DNA of 35,559 nt, from NCBI RefSeq assembly GCF_001194135.2, contig NC_068983.1, positions 113,209,701-113,245,259 of the forward strand, in the 5' to 3' direction. The translations under genes were made by a program, and so were the position numbers. The first letter of the stretch is position 1; every line of letters starts with the position of its first letter. Below are positions 24,514-35,559 of the stretch, in pieces. Source of the stretch: Octopus bimaculoides (taxonomy: Eukaryota). The notes under the pieces were generated by a model. The model had not been told where the DNA came from and searched no databases. It saw only the letters and a list, made by a program, of their open reading frames with translations.

Positions 24514-24576
24514 AATGTGGATCCAGTCCACTTGTATGTTATTGTCAGCACTGCAATATTCTTGTCACCACTATAA

Positions 24577-24841
24577 TGTTGTGGAGGTATTCCGCATCTA
24601 ATTATCTTTGATTCGTCTATCGTACTGTCACTGATAGCTCTGCACGACAATGTGTTTGAAACATCTACCTTGACGATAATTCAAACTCGTATATATCACG
24701 TAACTGACACTCGCTCCAACTGAGAACTCATACAACGACTCAGATACTACCGGCCCTTTACAACGACTGACTGCCTGACTTTATAGTGGCACTCGTACCA
24801 CTTTGTCACGTGGGAAGGGGAGTACCATTTTCACTACAACA
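24577..24841 (-). repeat. Orphan LTR with adjacent PBS-like sequence (24560-24576)
   Basis: Termini TGTTGT...ACAACA. The minus strand has a TATA-like CACTATAAAG and is followed by TTATAGTGGTGACAAG (TGGTGAC PBS-like). No TSD was found. Confidence 0.6.
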
Positions 24842-25699
24842 ATATACATATGATGTCTCCCATGAGTTACTGAGAGTTACTGGTAACATGGTATCCAGTA
24901 CAACCTGTTGCATAGTAAGGTCGTCGGTGTCTAAAGCAGCTCTCCCAGCAAGCTAGTCCGGTGAGGTGGTACCAGCAGGACTAAAAGCAACACCTGTCAA
25001 AAAGAAGGATGTATCTAGCGTAGGTTCAACGATATCTAGCAATAGCACAGGTACTCAGGAATGCCGGGCTGGTTTCCGGCATGCTGGAAGACCAGTGGAA
25101 TGAGGTGCCACATAGATTTTATTAAAACTTGTGTCTCTACAATGAAACTCAGATATAAAACCGAGTATGCAAGGAATGGCACTGGACATTCTGTGGACCT
25201 TCTTGCTTGCACTTGAAGTCATGGACATACGACCTGTATTGTCACTAAATACCTTGCTTCGTCTTGTCTCTGGAATATGTCGACTGGAGGGGAAAGGGTT
25301 TATGTGGTGCTGTGCAATTCTTGTTGGACCTAACATTTTGCACAGGAATTGCTTTGTTAATGATGGTCATACCTATCTATGGGTTAACAGAAATCATATG
25401 TAAAGAGGCAGCTAGATAGGCAGATAGGCAGATGAACAGACACACAAGCAGACACACAGACGGTCGGACGGACGGACGGACGGACAGACCATTAGTATTT
25501 TAAAGAAGCAGTAATACCAACACATTTGTTGAATTATGTAGATTTTTAAAAATAAATTAATACCCTTACTCTTTATGTTTTTAGTTCAAATCACGCTGTG
25601 GTTAACTTTGGCTTTCATGCATTTATGGTTGTTTTAGTAAAGTAAAATTCAAGTATTGGATCGACATAATGAATTTACATCAATCGAAACTATCGATAG

Positions 25700-26030
25700 G
25701 TTCGATAGCAACTCCGCATGTAAATCGCTCAGGATATGCTGAGCGGGGAAAACCACGGCCCACACTTCATGAAGACCATCATCACTGGTGAATGATACAT
25801 GAGTTTGTGGCTTCTGTTGGATGCGTTCGGTGAAAACGAAAATCCTACGAGCGCACGTTATACGTCTATGCTCTAGGCGTAACAGCCGGGAACTGATGCG
25901 GCTTACTGTTGCAAAACTTTTACATATGCGCATGAAGAGTTGCGTCATTTTCCACCTAAAGTATCTTACACATGCAGCATTAGTTTTGGCGAGCATAATT
26001 AAAGTCGGATACATTTGAACGCACCTCGTA
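25700..26030. mobile_element. Rearranged mariner: 5' TIR, UTR and ORF start on minus (26028 to ~25815) fused to a plus-strand catalytic fragment
   Basis: The minus strand begins TACGAGGTGCGTTCAAA and leads to TERIQQ (compare mariner N-terminal TERIEQR). The plus strand at 25720-25812 reads QDMLSGENHGPHFMKTIITG(frameshift)DT*VCGF (compare ITGDETWVYGY). Confidence 0.65.
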
Positions 26031-26083
26031 AGTACAGTATTCCAGGTACAATATAACGGATTCTAAGAAAGACACATATACAT

Positions 26084-26146
<63 letters not shown>

Positions 26147-27105
26147 NNNNNNNNNNNNNNNNNNNNNNNNNNNNNNNNNNNNNNNNNNNNNNNNNNNNNN
26201 NNNNNNNNNNNNNNNNNNNNNNNNNNNNNNNNNNNNNNNNNNNNNNNNNNNNNNNNNNNNNNNNNNNTATATATATTACAGGACATATTACAGGATACAA
26301 GGCTCTATTACTAATGATATTTGCCTGCTGCCTGCAGTTCTTATCTGCGTTTCGTTTCATACCTCATCGTTGGAAAATACACATATTGCGATTTGTCTGT
26401 ACGATAGCAAACTCGATGCTGACACAAACTCGAACAGCGTGATCGTTTGTCAATTTCCTTTTACTAACGTTGCCGATTTCCAGATTAGCTAAATTTTTAA
26501 TAAGCCTTAATAAGGCTAAAGTCTTTTGGTAAACGCTATATTTTTTCTTTAGTACCTCATGAAAATACAATCCAGTGTATTCTTGTCTGATAATGTCTAA
26601 TACAATACGAAACTCAAAGGTTGTATGAACTGATCTTAAACCTTTTGTTCTCCCATTTCTTCTGTAATGAAAATAACTAGTATTAGTTTCTGTAGAATCT
26701 CCCAATTACTGTCAAGATTATTTGACTTTTAATTTATAGACTGGATTTTCTCTACACACCAGTTAAGTAGGTTCATGGTGGTCATAGCCATACTATTTCA
26801 TACGAATTTTAGGATATTATCACGTGGTTGGAAATCTCCGGTTACCGGTTTTCTAAAGTATGGTAAGCTATTCTTTTGTCACTATAATTTTTCACGACGG
26901 CTTTATATATTTTCATCAGTAATAAAGTGTTACGCATGTATTTTTGTATTTTGCATGTATGTATGTATGTATGTATGTATGGATGGATGGATGGATGGAT
27001 GGATGGATGGATGGATGACTGTATTATACAATTATACACGTATGTATATGTGACATAAAGAGCAGAAAAGGTGTATTGAGTACATATGGAAGAAATTGTT
27101 CATTC

Positions 27106-27255
27106 GAGCTGGTTGAGTCGATAAATCTTCGGAAAAGTGACTCGCAATATTTGTTCTGGCTCGGTATTCTGTATTTTGAGTTCAAATCCCATCAGGTTTA
27201 ACTTTGTCTTTCATCCGTCTAGGTCGATAAAATGAAATAGAAGTCAAGTACTGAT
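27106..27255 (+). mobile_element. Diverged SINE family A
   Basis: GAGCTGG head, TTTTGAGTTCAAATCCC B-box and AACTTTGTCTTTCATCC..GGTCGATAAAAT body. Confidence 0.7.
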
Positions 27256-27281
27256 GCCGACTGGTTCTGTTCCAAAACCAT

Positions 27282-27333
27282 TTATTCGGAATATGCTAAT
27301 TATTCGGAATATCTTAATTATTCGGAATATGCT
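27282..27333. repeat. 18-bp tandem repeat, about 3 copies
   Basis: TTATTCGGAATATGCTAA / TTATTCGGAATATCTTAA / TTATTCGGAATATGCT. Confidence 0.9.
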
Positions 27334-28186
27334 CTGTCTCTATTCAGAGTTTCTTGTTTATTTTCCTTTAGCTATCGTAGTTATGCCCATGCTGAAGAAA
27401 CACTTGAAACATTTTTGTTCGTATATTTCTACCGATCGTGATTAAAGCAAGGAGAAACACCGTCTACAATGCTGACAGATTTTGAATTTTTTTTCATATA
27501 TCATATTCTCTTATATTTGTTTACGTTCATCGTCACTAATAGTTATGTCAAGTGTCGGTGGTAGCTGCTTCGTCGGTTTGCATTTTTTTCTATCTATTTT
27601 TATAGGACAACCAATCAAAAATGCTTAAAATTTTCTACCTCAATGATCATGCAAATTAAAAATAGGAATTGTTTGCTAATAATCGTGGCTAGCATTTGAA
27701 ATATGCAAAAGTAATGAAGTATGACTTAACGCGCGTGGGAATAACGACCACTGCTTATTATCAGAAGAAATTTTAAATTAACTGCAAAGAAATAACTAAA
27801 TAAAATTAAACTTAATAGCTAGGGTTTATAACCTTTTATCCATAAGGGACGGCAAGGGGAGAAAAACTGAGAGCGACGGCTTCCAGCAATACCAGTTTGA
27901 TCTCAACATGAGTCCAAGGCTAATTAAAATGAACTTTAATTTTAATGAACGAAAATAACGGTTGCCTCATTCTATTATCTCCTTAACCTTCTTGAAAATG
28001 CTTTTTTTGCCCATTTTTGATATTAAATTGCAGTTTGTTAATTATATGAATTTAGTATAAAACTTATTTTCATTAGAATTTTAGCCACTAACTACATTAT
28101 ACGCACGCATACGTATGGACACTTATGCACACGTATATATATATATATATTACGCCGTATGTAAATAAACAGGTTTGTTTTTCGAA

Positions 28187-28288
<102 letters not shown>

Positions 28289-28459
28289 ATATTCGTATAC
28301 ATAGTTGCATATGCGCTAAAAGGTTGAATTAGAAGATTCATCCTTTAATTTGGAGGTTTCCAAAAAAGAATTCTAATACTGATTCTTCATATTTTGCTGG
28401 TAGTTTACTGGCGTAAATTTGCGAATATGAAAATAATGCTTGGATATGGTGTGTTGTGA

Positions 28460-29316
28460 ATTTATGGAGAATTACGCAAGAAGAGACTACACAATCAATT
28501 CCATGTAGCCACAACAGAAGTTGCGGGAAAAAGTAGGCGGGATTGGCTGATGAAAGGAAAAGAGATCGAAAGCACTATACTGGCAGCGCAAGTCTAAGCT
28601 TTGGTCAGGAACTGGATGGTCAGCTTGAGGAATGAGTAACTATCTCAGCTGTGTCGCATCTGCAATAAAGTGGATGAAACCATTTGCCCATATCACGAAC
28701 GAATGCTCTAGACTTGTCCAAAACCATTACAAGTTGTGGCGGTACGACCAGGTAGTGAAAGTACTATATGAAAAACTGTGCGAAAAGTGGGGGCTAGAGA
28801 GAGGCAAAAGTGACATGAGCACAGACCGCAGAGAACAGAAGTGTCGAAGACTAGCAAAATTCTCTGGGATTTCCCATTCCAAACAGATCAGGTGCTAGAG
28901 CATACCAGACCAGACCTGGTGGTGGTGGACAAGGTGCACCACATATGCTATATAGTTGATATTGCATGCCCCTTTCACCCACAAATAGTCAAGAAGGAAG
29001 ATGAAAAGATAAATAGATATAACACACTGCAGTACAAAACAGCCCGGCTATGGGAAATGAAGAAGGTGAAGATAGTGCTAATTATTTTTGAGTCCTTGGG
29101 AACAGTATCAGAAGGCATCAAGGGGAATATAAAGGAAATTGGAATAGAGCGCCCAGTAGAACTGTTACAAATGATTTGCCTCCTTGGCATGGCCAGAATA
29201 ATCAGGAAAGTATTAGAGAACAGAAAAGAACAAATATCATGGTACCGAAGGCTGCAGGTAATAAGCCCGGTACGTATGCAAAACTCTAGGAGCTCCAACA
29301 AAACCTGTGATAAAGA
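28460..29316 (+). mobile_element. 5'-truncated R4/Dong-clade non-LTR retrotransposon (zinc knuckle + restriction-like endonuclease)
   Basis: RLHNQF...TILAAQV*AL, then CRICNKVDET..HITNEC (CCHC knuckle), ILWDFPFQTD..LEHTRPDLVVVDK..CYIVDIACP..KEDEKINRY (PD..D/E..K RLE), and LLGMARIIRKVL. The 3' end runs into (TAA)n. Confidence 0.9.
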
Positions 29317-29389
<73 letters not shown>

Positions 29390-29400
29390 GTAATAATAAT
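29317..29400. repeat. (TAA)n microsatellite at the 3' end of the R4/Dong element
   Basis: About 28 AAT units directly after the 3' UTR. Confidence 0.95.
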
Positions 29401-29527
29401 GGTTTAAAATTTTGATTCAAAGCCAGAAATTGTGGGGAAGGATGCAAGTCGATTACATCTAGTATTTATTTATCGACCCCAAAGAATGAAAGGCAAAGTC
29501 GACGCCGGCAGCATTTAAACTGAGAAC
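29401..29527 (-). mobile_element. Truncated SINE family A
   Basis: ATCGACCCC...ATGAAAGGCAAAGTCGAC...TTTAAACTGAGAAC is the reverse complement of the family body. Confidence 0.75.
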
Positions 29528-29845
29528 AACAACAATAATAATGACGATGATGATGATGATGATAATAATAATATTGTTCTTTTTCTTGGGAAAAATTTCT
29601 CTCTTTAATTACTGACACGGTTTGCAGAATGTAAGGTGTTCTTATTGATTTCTATAAGCTTACTGATATATTTCTATGCCAAATTTATTGTTTTATAATT
29701 TCATTGTATACAGACAACCTTATAGCAGTCGCCATTACTAGACGTGAACTAAAATTCTCTGACAGTTTGAAATATTTCGGCTGCCAAGACAAATGTCTTG
29801 TGGTACAATTTAAGCTGACCTTTATGAAAAGTCTGCAAGGAAATT

Positions 29846-29896
<51 letters not shown>

Positions 29897-29906
29897 NNNN
29901 NNNNNN

Positions 29907-29953
<47 letters not shown>

Positions 29954-30473
29954 ACACACAAATGAACACACATACACGCGCACACACGCACCATGTACAT
30001 TCCCTTATATAAGTACCTGTGTACGGAACATAGCTAAATGTTTATATATCTGCTATACAGATTACCTATCGTATTTTGATGCTGTGTGTTTGAGAACCAC
30101 GTTGAGAGGCCTATGATAGTAAATAAAGTGTAAATACTTTCAGTATTGCAAATTAGTAGCTCCAGTTCTTTGTAACCACTGGAATTCTTGAGTATATAAA
30201 CAGATTGGTTATTCGTTCTCCTGGGATTAGTTAGTTTGATATAGAGACTTCTGNNNNNNNNNNNNNNNNNNNNNNNNNNNNNNNNNNNNNNNNNNNNNNN
30301 NNNNNNNNNNNNNNNNNNNNNNNNNNNNNNNNNNNNNNNNNNNNNNNNNNNNNNNNNNNNNNNNNNNNNNNNNNNNNNNNNNNNNNNNNNNNNNNNNNNN
30401 NNNNNNNNNNNNNNNNNNNNNNNNNNNNNNNNNNNNNNNNNNNNNNNNNNNNNNNNNNNNNNNNNNNNNNNNN

Positions 30474-30519
<46 letters not shown>

Positions 30520-30986
30520 TTGACCGAGTCACTTTCTTCCTACTCTCAGTTTTAGCCGAGGATACACAGGATTTTCAGGTTAGTTATACCGAAAGATTCT
30601 GTGCACTCATAGATAAAACACAGAGTAGCAAATTACTGTGTCTGCCAAAATAGAATACATTAATCACTGCTATGGTACTGAGCAATCATTTTGACCGACT
30701 GTTAACACACACACACGCACACACTCGTATATACATACATACATACATACATACACTTAACAGTTGTGTTCATATGTTTAGCTACAAGTACTTAATGTCC
30801 AACTAAATATTATGCCTCTACCTTTGTTTTTTACTAGTTTTAAGTTTAAATATAACCATATTTGTTTCTTTTCCATTTGTACTTTCTGTGAAGGTTATCT
30901 CAATAGCAAACCTTACTGCACTCTTTCACCACAACTTTCTCTCACTCTTTCTGCCTGTTTCTGTTTTACATGTATTTCAAACGATT

Positions 30987-31152
30987 AGCCTTGTCACACT
31001 CTGTGTCTCGCTGAATCTCCCCGAGAACTACGTTAAGGGTACACGTGTCTGTGGAGTGCTCAGCCACTTGCACGTTAATTTCACGAGCAGGCTGTTCCGT
31101 TGATCGGATCAACTGGAACCCTCGTCGTCGTAACCGACGGAGTGCCAACCAC
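30987..31152 (+). mobile_element. 3' part of another interspersed repeat (SINE-like)
   Basis: GC-rich island GCCTTGTCACAC...CACGTTAATTTCACGAGCAGGCTGTTCCGTTGATCGGATCAACTGGAACCCTCGTCGTCGTAACCGACGGAGTGCC. Recalled as a common Octopus repeat; this is a single copy here and not verified. Confidence 0.5.
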
Positions 31153-31822
31153 ATCTCAATAGATATTCTGTAGAAATTATAGTCAGCACTGATCTTTGCT
31201 ACGACGTTTCGTATACGAGACGTCAGATGAAAATAAACAATGAGATCGAAAATGAAAAACGGGTAAAACGTTTAATATACTTTATAGTATATGATGGTTG
31301 CATAACGAAATACTGCATACTTACAAGTCATTAATGTCAGTTATAGACGCTTCATAGGTCCACATGTAAAATTACCGTGAATTTAGCCATTTACTAAATC
31401 AATTATTGTCAAACCCTTTTGCATCTCACTCTACCAACACTTTAACACCAATTACAGGATTTACAAAACCCTTTCTTTAGCTCACCCTATCATTTACACA
31501 AATAACTGTTCCGCAAAAACTCCTACATGTCACATTGGCAAAAACCAACAACACAAAGGCTAGCAACAACCCTTCAACTTAAAACGTCTCAAACCCACGA
31601 TATCATCAAATCGATCACAGTCAATGTCCTTACGACACCGCCGCACGAGTAATCACTAAAATCTCTCGATTACAATCAGTCCCTCATTCATTATATTTTC
31701 CAAATACATAGAAATATAACTTGGAGTCGACAAAATATCCCATATCTCAGAATAATTGCAAGATACGTCTACCGAGATATATAAATCATCCCAATTCACG
31801 AATAGTGCTTAACGTACGACAT

Positions 31823-31901
<79 letters not shown>

Positions 31902-32005
31902 TATCATTCTTTTTCCTTTCTTTCTTTTTCTCCATTTACTCCTTTCCATCTCACTCATCCTCTCTCTCTCTCTCTTTCTCTTCGTTATACACAAACACAC
32001 ACATA

Positions 32006-32250
32006 TGATGATCTCTCCTGTCGAAAACAATGTATGAGCATTCAACGTTTGCCAAACGACCTGCATAAATGGTTTGTTTATAGTGATCAAATGTTCGTGC
32101 CACAAATACCTCACTCTCTCCATTTGATTGACGTTGAAGCTGCAGGGTGTACGACACGTCAGGTGTCGAAGTGATCGCAGAGTAACGTGAGATTAAGTAT
32201 TTTGCTCAATAACGCAAGGCATCGTTCAGTCTGGGAATTGAAATCACGAC
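32006..32250 (-). mobile_element. tRNA-derived CORE-like SINE, family C
   Basis: The minus strand starts with B-box-like GTGATTTCAATTCCC, followed by TTGAGCAAAATACTTAATCTCAC (CORE-like TTGAGCAAG.CACTTAA). Confidence 0.55.
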
Positions 32251-32254
32251 AGCT

Positions 32255-32274
32255 AGCTAGACAGACACACAGAC

Positions 32275-32320
<46 letters not shown>

Positions 32321-32390
32321 GTAGGTAGGTAGGTAGGTAGGTAGATAGACAGACAGACAGATACATAGATAAATAGATAGATAGATAGAT
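32255..32390. repeat. Compound tetranucleotide microsatellite (GACA/GATA/GGTA)
   Basis: Visible directly in the sequence. Confidence 0.95.
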
Positions 32391-32620
32391 TGTATGTTTG
32401 TGTTTATGTAAGAATTTATGAATGTATATGTGTATCTGCGTGTGTATATATATGTGTGTGTGTATACAGCATATACGTTTATGTATGCATGTGCATATGT
32501 ATTTGTATATATCTATATTTATTTAAATATTCATCTATATATATATATAAGTATATAAATGACATGTGTATGTGTATGTGTGTGTGTGACTTTGTGTGTA
32601 GAGAGAAAGATTAAGATACA

Positions 32621-32950
32621 TTTCTTTTATTAGCCACACAGGGCTCAACGAAGATGGGACAAATACAATGTAGAGCTTTTCTTTTTGGGAGGGGGAAGGA
32701 AGGGAAAAAAAAAAAAAAAAAAAAAAATGGTGGTGTCGATCAAAAGGGATCGTAGGAAGGGAAAAAGGGGCAGTTCGATCAAAAGGGATCGAAAAAAAAA
32801 GAAAAGGAAAGGCCGATCAATAGGGATCGTGTATCACACAGTAATGTTCTCGTGTAAAAAGAGGGGAGGACTGTTTAGGTTTAGCCGTGGAAGGAAAATC
32901 CCACGGAAAAGACCACGGTAACCTTGGTCAATATTCTCATTGAAGAAACT
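32621..32950 (-). mobile_element. LINE-like 3' UTR with three palindromic 16-mers and an AATAAA signal
   Basis: The minus strand is pyrimidine-rich, contains three CGATCCCT(T/A)TTGATCG units and ends GCCCTGTGTGGCTAATAAAAGAAA. Clade not determinable; no ORF seen. Confidence 0.5.
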
Positions 32951-33170
32951 GATTAAGATAGATAAGCAGTGTTCCTCACAGTTTATTTAGAACAGTAAAG
33001 TCCCAAATCAATTATTAATATTTTAATCATGTAATTATGTCTGAGTACAACTGATGCAAAAATACTAAAGGAAAACCACCCTGATAAGTGATAAAATTAG
33101 AACACTGACGTACTCTCAATATATAACTAGATGTACACATTCACGCACATATGCATATATGCCAGACATG

Positions 33171-33399
33171 CTCTGTGGTAAGAAGCTTGTTCCTTAACCA
33201 CGGCGTGTTGCCGCAGCGTGGTACCTCGAGTAAGTGTCTTCTACTATAGCCTGGGGCCAATCAAGGCTTTTAAGTGGACTCGATTAACGGAAGCTGAAAG
33301 AAGCCCGTCGTAAATATACAAAACTTTAATAATTGTTAGGAGAATGGCAATTTTTCACATCCATATATACGCGGCCTGTGTGTGTATGTGTTTGTGCGT

Positions 33400-33450
<51 letters not shown>

Positions 33451-33640
33451 TGCGTGTGTGTCTTTTTGTGTGTGTTTCTCGCTCACCACCGCTTGACAAC
33501 TGGTGTTGGTGTGTTTAGGTACCTGTAATTTGACAAAAGAGACTGAGAGAATAACTACCAGGCTTAAAAGACTAAGACTGGTGTCTCTAGGTAATGCTCT
33601 AGCATGGCTGCATTCTAATGACTGATACAGATAAAAGATA
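33171..33640 (+). mobile_element. Diverged SINE family B with a ~40-bp insert in its internal TA tract
   Basis: GTGGTAAGAAGCTTG head, AAGTGTCTTCTACTATAGCC, GAAAGAAGCCCGTCG, then ACCACCGCTTGACAAC...GCATGGCTGCATTCTAATGACTGA. Confidence 0.8.
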
Positions 33641-34124
33641 CAATATATGTGCGTGTGCGTGTGTATGTGTGTGCGTATGTGTGTGTGTGCGTGTGTGTTG
33701 CATTTTTTCTTGCTTCACTGTTGGTGAAATAATGTTGTGAGTCTGAAACTACAATAAAGATGAGTAGCCCGAATAATTACATTCGTGTCTCAATCCATTT
33801 TGTAAACTAATACGTAATGTCTTTTCAATGATATTGCAATTTAAATGTTTAGTTACTTGACTATTTTTTTATGTTGTTTGTTCTCTGCATTACATAGACA
33901 GGTATGTGCCTCCGGATGTATTTAAATTTACTTTTTAAAAGTATTCATTTATGTGTAAATATTACGATTTACTGGTTGAGTTCATTTTTAACTCTGAAAG
34001 TAATTACCTGCATACTGTGTGTCTTATGAGGATAGGACCCAATTTAAGCGCCTTAACTAGGACTGTAACAAGCACATTTATTAAGGAAAGTGTAGAATGC
34101 ATAACCAAAGTTTAAGTATTCATA

Positions 34125-34350
34125 ATGTTCAAAATTTGAGCATAACATCCATTAGATAACGACCACTTCCAAGAGAACACTCTGGGCTCTCCCTGTTACG
34201 ACTAACATGTAGCTGTGTGTGCGTCTTCGTATTTGTGGTTGTCGCTCGCTGATTGATAACCAGTACTGTTTATGTCCTCATAACCTAGCGGTTCGGTTCG
34301 TCAAAAGGGATGGTAGAATATGTCCTGATGTCGATTTGATATACGAAACC
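34125..34350 (+). mobile_element. Diverged SINE 3' part related to family B
   Basis: TTGATAACC...TGTTTATGTCCTCATAACCTAGCGGTTCGG..AAAAG...ATAGAATA-like tail resembles 17340-17420. Confidence 0.45.
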
Positions 34351-34996
34351 CTTCATTAAAAGATACTTTATATGTAAAATAATGCCTTTGTTCAGAACTT
34401 AATACTATTACAGCAATAAGTTTTCAATTATGAAGTTTAAGTGAGCCGACAGTATATTACGTTTGTTTAGCATGTACAGTGAACGCCAACGTTAGTTTCT
34501 AGTTCTTTATTTTCAATACTAAATGAAAGACGTTATATTTGTGCACGTGAAAGGATTTCATGAGATAATTTAATGGCCTTTCAGAGAAAATTTGTATTTA
34601 TTTTGCTCTCACTTTTCTATACCATTTCGCAGATGAGAGAGCCAAGTTTGATAGCATACGTTGTAATTATACACGTAATAATTTTCTTTAAACCTTGGTT
34701 CTAGAAAATCAGTGTATTGGGACCCCGAACTACTAAACTTACGTATGGCTTTTATATTCCAGTATCGATCTTTTGTTTCTTCATCTATGTCTTTATTGCG
34801 TTTAACAAACATAAGCCGCTTGTAATTTCATCATTTTCTAATGCTGCGTACTCTGTCTATCACTTACACTGATGCAAGGATCGACATAAGTTGATATAGA
34901 ACAAAACTCATCTGTCTGTCCATTTATTTATGTAGCTAAAACTATCTTCTTTGTGTGTGTGTGTGTGTGTGTGTGTGNNNNNNNNNNACTATCTTC

Positions 34997-35056
<60 letters not shown>

Positions 35057-35153
35057 CGTGTGTGTGCGTGCATGTGCGTGTATGTGTTTATATGCATACA
35101 CATATATATGCATACACACGCCCTCTCTCTCTCTCTCTCGCACACACACACAC

Positions 35154-35323
35154 ATTATTTAATAACAGTTTGATTCAGTTCCATCCAACCTAAAGTTTCG
35201 TGGGCTCGTAAAACCAACTTGGCTTTTCAGGATTCGGATACTTAAGCCTGAAGAGATAGGGTCTTTTACGAGCCTACGAATCTTTAAGTTACATGGAGCT
35301 GAATCAAGTTGTTATTAAATAAT
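35154..35323. mobile_element. Fold-back / MITE-like element
   Basis: ATTATTTAATAACAGTTTGATTCAGTTCCATCCAACCTAAAGTTTCGTGGGCTCGTAAAA pairs with TTTTACGAGCCTACGAATCTTTAAGTTACATGGAGCTGAATCAAGTTGTTATTAAATAAT (about 60-bp arms, about 8 mismatches). Confidence 0.8.
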
Positions 35324-35394
35324 ATATGTAATTCCTTCTAAATATGTTGAGTGCTACTTTCTTTCGTTTGTCCACTTATTCGTGTGTGTATATA

Positions 35395-35559
35395 TTCTGT
35401 CCCTTCCTCCTTGTTCCACTTCCTCCCTCCACCATCCTCTCTATCTATTTATCTATCTGTCTTCCTCTATCTTCCTATCTACCCTTCTGTCCTGGCCTCT
35501 ACTTCACTGCTTCTGTCCCTTCCTCCTTGTTCCACTTCCTCCCTCCACCATCCTCTCTA
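35395..35559. repeat. Pyrimidine-rich tandem repeat, 116-bp period, running off the window
   Basis: 49 identical bases starting TTCTGTCCCTTCCTCC at 35395 and at 35511. Confidence 0.75.

Noticed and set aside
24850-25403. GC-richer coding-like stretch (ORFs 25055..25336 and 25167..25403); possible LINE 5'/APE remnant
   Set aside because: Only faint resemblance (DWRGKG compared with RWxGxG) across broken frames, which cannot be supported without a profile search.
26364-26705. 113-aa minus-strand ORF
   Set aside because: No recognisable domain or splice context; possibly a TE relic next to (TA)n.
27611-27656. CCAAT box plus perfect octamer ATGCAAAT as a promoter
   Set aside because: Short motifs expected by chance in 35 kb of AT-rich DNA, with no downstream gene or snRNA recognised.
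30474-30620. (TTA)n followed by unique sequence as a second Dong-like 3' end on the minus strand
   Set aside because: No coding remnant or similarity to the 29220-29316 UTR was visible.
32737-32829. CRISPR array
   Set aside because: Eukaryotic context, only three 16-bp repeats, low-complexity 22-23-nt spacers and no cas genes.
34941-35000. CTATCTTCTTTG(TG)n repeated on both sides of a 10-N gap
   Set aside because: Assembly overlap at a microsatellite.

Overview
AT-rich eukaryotic, repeat-dense, apparently intergenic or intronic DNA with many N gaps and (TA)n, (CA)n, (CT)n, (TAA)n and (GATA)n microsatellites. The divergent GC-rich 28S sequence, the tRNA-derived SINE families and the microsatellite load suggest a cephalopod, probably Octopus (inference from recall, not a search). 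No host protein-coding gene is supportable, and most listed ORFs are microsatellite artefacts. Recognisable content: (1) scrambled 28S rRNA fragments in both orientations inside (TA)n; (2) a decayed Ty3/Gypsy element (gag, protease, RT, probable 5' LTR); (3) a second orphan LTR with PBS; (4) a near full-length mariner with TIRs and TA TSD, plus a rearranged mariner; (5) an R4/Dong-type RLE LINE ending in (TAA)n; (6) an RTE-like and another LINE-like 3' end; (7) about a dozen SINE copies; (8) several fold-back elements. The most interesting theme is that (TA)n arrays repeatedly host inserts with inverted (fold-back) ends and hammerhead-like tails typical of Penelope-like elements. The rRNA chimera may be cargo of the same process, but an assembly artefact is not excluded.
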